A stretch of DNA of 60,639 nucleotides, filler included, from Basidioascus undulatus (lineage: Eukaryota): assembly GCA_000826855.1 (NCBI GenBank). It is 4 parts of 4 records of this genome, joined end to end, with 100 filler letters (N's around TTAATTAATTAA, not from the genome) between each part and the next. Parts side by side here need not be neighbours in the genome. Positions count along the whole stretch, not along the records: positions 50,587 to 60,639 come from JTLS01001183.1; 3 more parts are not named here. The stretch is one strand, 5' to 3'. Below are positions 51,383 to 60,639 of the stretch, in pieces (within the stretch, counting starts at the first letter, position 1; each line of letters opens with the position of its first letter). The notes beneath the pieces were generated by a model. That model was given only the letters and a program-made list of their open reading frames with translations. It was not told the origin of the DNA and did no database searches. The translations under genes and the position numbers were made by a program.

Positions 51383-54300
51383 TCAAACGTAATCCCACGC
51401 CTGCCGATCGTCCGCCCACAGCCTCGCCCACTCCAAGCACAACCGATAAGTATACACTGTCATCTCCCCCAACACCCATCCCGTCAGCTCTGCCTGACGC
51501 CCAAACCGAAGGCTGCGAGGTAAGGACTGTACCCTCCATGTCGACCGTGCGCGCATAGTTCTGCTTCCACTTGCGGCCCTCGTCCGCGATGCTCTTGAGC
51601 AGCCGGTCCCCGCGCTCGTCGTGCGTGCCCGGCTCATAGCGGTACCGCGGGGCGACGGAGGGGTCCAGCGTTTGCGGGGAGAGGCCGAAGAAGAAGGCGT
51701 ATATGTGATACTGAGATATGAGACGAGGTGAGGTGAAGCTCCGAGTTGAGGGAAGGTGGGTGCGAACGACGTACCAGCTCTGCGTAGGTGTAGGAAAGAG
51801 GGATGAAGTGCAGCCTGAGGAGGCGAACAATCAGCTGCAGTGCAGCGAACACCAGAAGTGGGAACGACGCACCAGGGCTGGATCCAGCTGTCGCGACGGA
51901 GAGAATGTCAGTCTTCACCTCGCTTTCGCCTTCCATCCTGTGTGAAGACCTACTCTGTAAAGAACTGCGCCTCTCCCAACACGTCAGTCCCCTCGTCCAG
52001 TCGAGACACACGAACAAAACCCGCACCTCGCTGTACACCGTGGCCTTCACCACCGCCGACCGGCTCGCCTGGAAGCCGAGGAAGCGCGCCGAGTTGCCCA
52101 TTCCGTCGACGTCAATGAGGAGCTTGTACTTGTCTATTTCCAAGCGTCCCGCGTCAGCGTCTTCTTTGCAGTGCAGGTATGGGGAGCAGGAGACGGACAG
52201 GCTTCGCTCAAGGCGACTGGTTTTTCGAGGCGGTCTGAAAGACCGGGGAGATGTCAGCAACAATGATGAGGGACTGCAGGAGGGGAGCGGACGGACAGTC
52301 CTGCCTCATTCCCGGGCAGCCGCCGTTCAAGTAAGGTCTGCAAGAAGACGCCATCAGCACGAAAGCCTCGCCGGACAGAGCGCAATCGAACGCACTCGCA
52401 GGCCACGACATTCGTAAACGCCACATCCCTGTCAACAGCTTTCCTATCAGTCCTCACTCAGCACCCCAGCACCCTCGACTGCACCTACATCTGCGCCGCA
52501 TTCAGTTTATCGCTGCCCTCATCACTGCCGTATCAGTCTCTTTCTCTTCGGGTTCTTAAAGCCGCAGAAACTTACATTGCGATAGTCGCCAGCCCATAGC
52601 TCGCCCCGGCATCGCGCCACCGCGCCCACCACCCTGCATTCTCTGCCGGGGGCGGGGGCGAAGTGGGGTACACGACCGGCAGGGCGTGCGGGTTCGGCTG
52701 GTTCGCTTGTTGAACGAGGCGGTGGCGTCTGGTCCGATTCACCGTAGCTTCGTTAGCGCACGAATTGGGAGGCTGGAGAGGGAGTTGGGGAGACGAACTG
52801 GTAATGCGAGTACCGCGCGGGCGGCGTCGCCCCCCCGCCCGTTGTCGCGCCGCGCCAGAAGATCTTGCTGCACAACCCAATTCACGAGCCCGTGAGAAAT
52901 GATAATGATGCGGGAAAAATCCTCGCTCACGTGAATTTCCGCTCCCAGGGCGGGTCCTGGTCGTCGTTGTCGAATACCTGGTTGTAGCTGGTGGCCACTC
53001 ACTCAGGTGTCATTTCCACGGCAACATGGTGAGGGATGTGGGAGGAGGACGCACGTGGATTTGTAACCGTATGCTGTGGGTGGGATGGATGTTAGGAGAG
53101 GGGAGGCGAGGGGATGGGAGGAGAGGTGGGAGGTGGGAGATGAGAGGGGACGGACTGTAGTGTCCCGATGGGCGGTAGTAGTAGGACGAGGGGATGCGGA
53201 TGTCGGCTGAGCCGGGGGCTTTGCCAGGCGAAAACACAGGATAAAGTGCTTTGCTGGGGATCCATTCACCCAAATTTCAGCTCGATATGCCGGAATCACC
53301 AGCGCAGAAATCGAACGTACATTGTCCTGCACAGCGCCCACCGCGCATCAGCAATCGCCTGTGGAGAAGAACGTAAAAGCCCGCTTACCTCCAGTCCGAA
53401 TAAAAGTGTCCAAACTCAAAGAACCGATACGGGTCGTTGCAGAAATCGAGCCGATGCTGCGTGTCCTCGAGGAAGGCGAACGTCGGGCCGGGGTCGGAGT
53501 CGGACGGACCGTCGACGGGCGGGGGGATGAAGGGCGGGAGGATCTGTGCGGTAATGTGCGCGGGCGTCAGGGAAGGGGCGAAAGAGAATGACTAGGTTTG
53601 GGTACGCACCGCGGTCTTATCGGGGAACTCGAAGACGGAGGAGTCTTGCCGGGCGGGGGTGGCGGGGTGGCAGGTGTTGCTGATGAGGGGACGCGGGATG
53701 AGCGAGGGGGGTGGAACGGGGTGGGGACGGGTGGACATGCCGGTATTGTTCCCATACCTGGTGAAAGAGGGATGTGAGAGAAAGGAAGTATTAGAGGGCG
53801 TCCAGGCCGACGCACCGAGGACTGCGCTCGCCAGGTGGGGAGGAAAGGCTGCCCGATGGCGGACTCGATGCCCTCTGGTGAAGATATCATGAGCCTCTAA
53901 TACAGTGTCAGAATTCTAAGAGAAAAAGACGCACTCGCACTGCTCCTCGTCCGATTATCACTCTGAGACCATTCCCAGGGCACGAACACCCTCCCCTCCG
54001 CGAGTCCATTCACAGCCCATTCAATCCCCTCCGGCATCTCACTCAGCACCCCGCTGTTCTCCATCATCTCGATCAACCCATACGCGCGGCTGGCATCGAC
54101 CAGCCCGTCCTTCTCGCGCGTCACGACGACCGCGCGCCCGCGCTCGAAGCGCACGAGGTCCATCGACACGAGGCGCCCGACTTGCGCGGTGCGCCGCCGC
54201 ACTTCCAGCGGGGGGAGCCGGAAGAAGGGGTAGATGTCCTGTGCGTCGCAGATGGGAGGGTAAGGGGGGTGTGAGGGATGTGGGAAAGAGGGGGAGACGC

Positions 54301-54734
54301 GCCTCATCTAGCCCGTCAAACTCGTCGATCATCTCGAAGCCCTTCGACTGGGCGAACGCGAACCACTTGTCGAACCCCTACGTGTCCATTGTACCTTGAA
54401 GCCAAACCTCAAGGTGATTAAAGAAATGAGACGGCCTTACCCTCGGCGGCCGCCTCCCATATCTCTGCTTGTACTCCTTCACCGCCTGCCCCAGCGTCCT
54501 ACTCTGCCGCTTCACCTTCTCGTCCCACTTCCTCCTTGCGTCCTCCATCAATCTTGGTATCGGGTGCTCCCGTATAACAGGCCCGGAGCTATCGCGGCGT
54601 GCGCCGGCGGCATGCGGGGTGGTACTCGGGGGCGTCCCGCGGGAGAGGAGGACGGTGAAGAAGACGACGCCGCCGACGAGGAGGGCGAGGAGGAGCCGCC
54701 GCGGCCGGCGCCCGAGGATGGATAGGCCCGCCAT
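51383..54734 (-). CDS. Glycosyltransferase family 90 (CAP10/CXT1-like xylosyltransferase), type II membrane protein
   Basis: N-terminal TM; HPIPRLMEDARRKWDEKVKRQSRTLGQAVKEYKQRYGRRPPRGFDKWF, IDEFD, KIFWRGATTGGG, KYKLLIDVDGMGNSARF, YTYRLCLEWARL. Confidence 0.92.
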
Positions 54735-55231
54735 TGCGCGCGCAGTGGTGTGGTGATAATAATGCGCTCGAGGAAGACGAGCTTTGGGTGTGGAAGGGGA
54801 AGATGAGTCGGGCAAGCAGGCACGAGGCCTCGGTCTTCCCTCGGTGCCTCGGGCGTGTGCCGACGCGATTGAGATCTCAGGCAGCTCAGGCAGTTGCACG
54901 TGGGAAATCAACGATAGCATCTCCCCGACACAGCGTCTTCCGGACCCTCACGCCTGATCATTGTTGTGGGAAGAGTATTCTGAGCGTTTTGGGGCCTTTA
55001 TAAACGTCGGCACTTGAAGCTGTCGAGCAGGGGAAATGGATATTCGCGTAGCCAGCGGTTATGCGCGGCAACCCGAGGCTGAGAGATAAGTAGCGATCGC
55101 ATGACCGCTCATGCCGGGCCTCCGTACGAAGTCCGTACACGCCGGCCCCATCTTCCTTTCTTTCTCCTTGCCTCTTGACCCCAACAGCCATCTCACGTCC
55201 TCCCCTCCCACTCACCCGCTCACCCGTGCTC

Positions 55232-56876
55232 ATGCGGTTTCCCCCCTCCCTGTTGGGCGCCCTCGCGCTCGGCCTAACCTCCTCAGCCGCGCTCGCGCGC
55301 AATCTGTCCGAGGCGAACCCCGCGCTCTTCTCGCTCCATCGGGGACTGATGAACCAAGTCTCCATCACGGGCAACGAGACGGCCGCGACGGACTGGCTTG
55401 CGGCGCACCTCCGCGGATTGGGGTGGACGGTCGAGCTCCAGCGCGTGTTCAACCGCGATATTGATCCGGAGGATCAGGTCCGGAGGGAGAACATCTTTGC
55501 GTACTTGGGCGGGAAGCGGGACGTGACGCTTGTGGTTAATGCGCATGTTGATGTCGGTACGTGTGGTTTGTTTCTCGTTTCGAAGGCCGGACAAGGTGGC
55601 ATGCTAAGAGGTCGAGGCGAGCAGTCCCTCCCTATATCCCGTACTCGGATGACGACACGACTGTGTAAGTTGATTGCAGTGCCGCGTTACGGAGTGGGAG
55701 GGAGAGCGCTGATTATGCATTTGCAGGTACGGTCGCGGTGCGAACGACGACAAGGGCTGCATCGCAGCGCAGATCACTGCTGTCGAGCTGCTCCGGAAGC
55801 AGGGCAAGATCGGGGAAGGCGACGTTGGGCTCCTCTACACCGTTGGCGAAGAGGGACTCTTCGATGGCATGGCCGCTGCGCAGGAGGTGCGTTCATCCCG
55901 TCCACTTTCGCTCCGCTCAGAACCCAAGCTCACGCTCCTGACTCGTTGCAGCTTGGATTCAGCCCGCGCTGGGCAGTCGTCGGCGAGGTTCGCAAAGTCC
56001 CATTCCGAAGCTCACACCCCACAACTGACGCAGGGTGTTCCTCCTCCAGCCCACTCAGCTCAAGCAGATCAACGGCCACAAAGGCAAGATCGACATCGAA
56101 GTGCGCTCCACCGGCGTGGCCGCGCACTCCTCCACGCCCTGGCTCGGCCGCAACGCGATCGACCAGCTCGCGCGGGTAATCGTCCAGCTCTCACACATCG
56201 TTCGTTCCCCTTCTCCCCTTCTCTCTACCCTCACTAATTCGCCGTCCCGCGGGCCCACAGGAACTGCCTACGGACGAACTCCTGGGCCCGACGACCCTAG
56301 CGACCACCATCGTCCGCGGCGGGGCGGCGCACAACCAGGTCCCCGACTCAGCGACCGCGCTCGTCAACGTTCGCCCGTCGGTGCCTGCCGAGGAGGTCTG
56401 GGAGGTGATCGCCGCTGCGGGCCTGAACTCGAGCGAGGTGCAGCTTGTTCAGAAGAGGCAAAACTATGACCCTGTCAAGGTCCGCATATCTTCCACAATC
56501 TAAGTTTGTCTTACGTTGACCCTCGTGGAACGCACAGCTAGAAACCGTCGCGAACTGGCGCCCCGTAGAGCCGATGACGGTCGGTGCGTCTTTTCCCCTC
56601 TCTTCCGGCCTAACCTCCGCACCTACTAACCCACCCACCCCACCCCGCTCCCTCTCCCATCCAGGAACCGACTACTTCTCCTGGACGCTCCCTTCCGCGC
56701 GCCTCCTGATCGGCCCGGGATCGGTCGCGACCGCGCACAAGCTGGACGAGCAGATCCTGAAGCAGGACCTGCTGGACGGGGTCGACGTATACGCGGAGCT
56801 GTTTGCTGGGTTGCTCGACGGGACGCTTCGCATCGAAGGGGAGAAGGAAGATGCGAGGGAGAGGGACGAACTCTGA
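55232..56876 (+). CDS. Peptidase M20 family (ArgE/DapE-like) with signal peptide and C-terminal RDEL
   Basis: SITGNE, NAHVDVVPPYIPY, YGRGANDDKG, VGEE, VVGEPT, GHKG, AAHSSTPWLGRNA, GPGSVATAHKLDE; ends ERDEL*. Confidence 0.9.
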
Positions 56877-57885
56877 TGGGTCAGATTGCGCGGTGGTCGT
56901 AGAACAGGGAGAAAACCGCGGGCTGAATTTTATCGCTTGCATGAAATTTGCGACTTGATAGCCACAGTCTCAAGCGATCAAGCCTGCCCGGTTGCTCATG
57001 GTGGTCTACGATAATTCAGAAACACACTGTATTGCATTTCACGGCGATGATCACCACGCATGTGCATCTCATGTATCGACGACGATTGGAGGGTCCGTTG
57101 CTCATGGTGCTTTTCTAAACCTTTCAGAAAACTACCGCAGCTCCCGCATGTACGATGTTGCCCGGCCACCCTGCATGACAAACTCCCATGACAAACTCCC
57201 GATGGAGTTCCCAGAGCACGCTGAGCGGCAGCAACACTGAACATGGCGTAAAGTTGCTCGACTCCTCGATCGAGCCCTCACGTACTCGAGTGCTGGAGTG
57301 GTTCTGCGATCCGGAGGCCCGCTGCAAAGCGCTGCGTGCCATCAGGCACAGACAGGTCAGGCGCTTCATTGCGGGTCGTGAGAGGACCTTCCACCCAACT
57401 ATGAGCCTCATAAACGTACAACCGACAGAGATGTAGGGCCCTATTGGTGTTCCTCGAAATGTAATCTCTCCCCGAGCGTGCGCTGCAGGCTCCTCCGAGT
57501 GGCTGCAACTCGCTGAGAAGGCTCTGAATCGCGAGCGCTCAGCCCTCCAGCCACAGCAACCTCGATCGCTGTCTCGGCACTTTACAACCGTCGCTACCGC
57601 CAAGTTTCACCAGCACGACATGGAAACCCGAAAAAGCAACAATCACAAGTTGCCTATGCGTGTCGCTAGCTTTCTAGGCTGGCGGGGCTTGTGGGTCCAT
57701 GTTGGGGCCATAATCCGCCGGCGATCGCCAATCCCTGGCGGGACCTTGTGCGTCTCGATGTCCCTCGAACTTACCCTTGCTTTGCTCTTCTCCTCATGTT
57801 TCCCAACCCTTGCTATCTCCCTCGTTTACTCACTCATCCCGACTGGCTTCGATCCACGCTCCTTCCCTTTGTCGCGTCCGCCCAA

Positions 57886-58943
57886 ATGCTGGACGTGTTG
57901 GTTTTCGGCGCAAACGTCGGGGCGACCGCTGCACGCCAGATTGCAGAAAAGCCTCCCCCAACTCATCGTGTCGTTCTCATCGAGAAGATAGAACAAGGTC
58001 GGTCTCCAACAAGCTTTTTTCTGACACAATTCGGCTTGGGCAGGTGCGAGCGCTGTATCCCGACAAGCGTATCATCGTCGTGCAGAGCGCGAAGGAGCTC
58101 GTCGGCGAGGGGATGAACCTGGGCCCACGAATCGAACAGCAGCTTCGGGCGATGGATGTCGAAATTGTCATGGACGACAAGGGTGAGTTTTTTCCTGACT
58201 TCTCCGTGCCCTGAAAGGGTAAAGCTCGGCTTTCCTTTGAAAACGTGCAGTCTTGCTTCCTGAAAAGATCCGAACTGGGCTGTGCGCGAAGCAGCAGTTT
58301 TCTACTAACAGATGGGCCACAGTCGAAGGTGAGTTCATTCTGCACTGCACACTCATTTCCGGACGCGGCTAACCCAGGTTTCGCTGCAGCCAACTATGTC
58401 TTTCTCGCTGTTGGCGTCACGCCCAACTCTGGCCTTGTGGCAGCGTATGATTCCTCCGCTTTGACGAAATCTCGTCAGGTCAAGGTGCTGAGGTGAGAGA
58501 CGCTTGAAACTTCTCTCAGCATTTATCGTGAGCGACTCACTGATAGGTTGCCGATTTCAGGTCGACTCTGGCAATATGTCCCGCTACTTTGCCATAGGCG
58601 ACCTGGCTGCGACTTCTGAAATGAAGTGAGAAGCCTCCTTCCTCACAAACCTCTGGACAGCTTGGGAGAGCCTTGAACGATCTTGTCTTTGCAGCATGCT
58701 TGCGTGGGGCTGGACCCACGCGCCAGTAATCGCAGCCAACATCAGCTCCCTCGTCTCGGGTCGTCCTCCTACCACGACGTATACCCCCGCGGCCCCCTTC
58801 ATGTGTGTCACGTTGGTCCGAAGAAAGGGGCGACGCAGCTTCCGCTGTTCGGCCCGGGTGGTGTTACATTCGGGCGATGGGTGACGAGCTGGATGAAGGG
58901 CAAACACCTGTTTCACTCGAAATGGTTGTCGAACTACAAATGA
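57886..58943 (+). pseudogene. AIF/AMID-like FAD-dependent pyridine nucleotide-disulfide oxidoreductase remnant
   Basis: VLVFGANVGATAARQIAEKPPPTHRVVLIE, YPDKRIIVVQS, AVGVTPNS, YFAIGDLA, HAPVIAANI, GPKKGATQLP..KGKHLF. Central segment absent; frameshift near 58815. Confidence 0.7.
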
Positions 58944-59947
58944 AGGGATATTATCACCTGAGAAATGCTGTCAACATTGCGTACACGAATGTGGGTTCAA
59001 TGCAGCGAGTCTCAATCTTCCCCGGCAAGTTGACATCCCCTTGCACTTCCTCGTACAGTGCATCCCGAACTGCGGGTCATGCAGCTGTCTCGGCCCACCA
59101 ATCATTATCGACCGTCACCTGAACCAAAGCAAAAAATATCAGTTTCATCGGGCCCAAGGTCTAGACGTGGTCAATCGAGGCATGCAGCAGCAGGCCGCAC
59201 TCTTCTGCTTTGGACCCATTTTTCTTGATGTTTTGCCCGGTAGGCGGTGGGATTGCATGTCACAAAGCCATCTCAACGTCGACGTAAGATGAAAATTTCG
59301 GGCGCCGGCAATGACGAGGACGAGTTCTCGGGAGCAAGAGAACGCTGCGGCGCTGCGACGAGCGTCAGCATGTCTTCCACGCTCGACTCCTCATCGTGGA
59401 GTGCAGGCGACATATACAATCCACCGCGCAGTGAGCAGCGCTGATATCCGGGTGACATGGATATCGTCACTGCCCGAGGTTGCGGACTCATCTCCGGCCG
59501 GCTGCACCATGCACATCTCAATCAGGCATAAGTTACCCAGCCTTCCGCATAAGCCAAGCATGGTGGACCGACGTGCGACGTGCATTCATTCACATGATGC
59601 CATGCAGAGCAGAAACCAAAAGCGATACAGTATGTAAGAAAACGGGCGGATTGCGTGGAATCGCAAACACCGGGAATGGGCGAGGAAGAGGGCGATGAAG
59701 AGGGAGTGAGGACGGACAGAATTGGGGGTGGGGATATGCAACAAAATGGTTTGCAACAACAGAACAAGCCGTGCGACTGCGTGGCGTAGCATGGGGCAAT
59801 TCCGGAGGGCGCGGGAAGAACGGTAACGTGCAAAAATCGAGGACGCGACGGGGGTAAAATGGGGAAGGCAGGAGGAAGGTACAGCGACGATCCCGAGGCG
59901 GAAGGGGGCAGTAGCGGCATAGGTAAGGCAGATGCAGCAGCGGACGC

Positions 59948-60639
59948 TCAGCTCATGTTGCTGTACGATCCCGTCTGCCCGCGCCGGAGCGCCTCCTGCT
60001 CCTCCTCGAGCAGGCGCTCCATCTCGGCCTCACCGAGGCCGACCTCGCCTGCGAGCTCCCGCGCGCGCTCGGCGTTCGCTGCCGCTTGGGCGGGGTCCGG
60101 ACGGCGGCGGCGGCGGCGGCGGCTGTGGCATGAAAGAAACATCAGTCAAAGCTTAGCGATGGAGGATGTCATTTCGGGACGAACCGAGGGAGGGTGATAC
60201 TGAATGTGCGGATGCGAAGTCAGAACACCTGCTTGCCGTGAAGCTGACAAAGAAGCAGATACGCACATTTTGGGCATCGGCCTCGTTTCCAAATCCAGAG
60301 AGACGTTCGTAGCGGCTTGCAAAGCCTGCAGCCATTTACCCTCAGGTCAGCTCCAGCTCGACAACACGACACACTCGAACACAGCAGCGCACCTCGATCC
60401 AGTCCACCACGCCCCGCTGGTCGCTGGCCTGGATCAAGAACTGTTCCGTGCGCTGGGGGTCCCCATCAGACGAGCACCTCACACGAATGACATTCTTGCG
60501 CTTGAAATAGTCGGCAGCAAGGCCGCTCTCGGCGTTCTGGAGCGTGTACGTCTTCACAAGCGGGTTGGGCTGGGAGTTCGAGTGCGCGTGCGCCAGTAGC
60601 TGGGGGAGGGTCGGGACGGGAGGGACGGGTGCGTCGGGC
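59948..60639 (-). CDS. PH-domain protein (YHR131C/YNL144C-like), 3' fragment
   Basis: [65 protein letters not shown]; stop at 59950-59948. Confidence 0.8.

Overview
Intron-rich, GC-rich nuclear DNA of a basidiomycete fungus (GTGCGT/GTRAGT donors, CTRAC branch sites; MP88-, CAP10/GT90- and Clp1-like genes). The window is four contigs joined by 100-nt N44-TTAATTAATTAA-N44 spacers, and no gene continues across a join. Recognisable genes: GDP-mannose transporter, NUDT1-like Nudix hydrolase, PBDC1/YPL225W, GatA, NADP-glutamate dehydrogenase, arginyl-tRNA synthetase, clathrin heavy chain (3' part), Mrc1-like (3' part), MP88-like GPI mannoprotein, TRS20 (3' part), Ras2, MED6, Clp1-like, CSN6 (3' part), KEL3/KLHDC4 (3' part), a GT90 glycosyltransferase, an M20 peptidase and a PH-domain protein (3' part). 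Much of the apparent intergenic DNA is decayed accessory genes: a UDP-glycosyltransferase, HsbA-like, DUF1524/HNH nuclease, F-box-like (at least two), AIF/AMID-like and possibly Mcm10-like. I see no convincing complete novel multi-gene system. The best leads are a hairpin fused to a tRNA-Pro-like 3' half at about 24.1 kb, the pseudogene density, a frame break in ArgRS at an A_AAG_GGG heptamer, and an RDEL-terminated M20 peptidase. All family calls are motif recognition by eye, not database searches. Exon boundaries are manual predictions.
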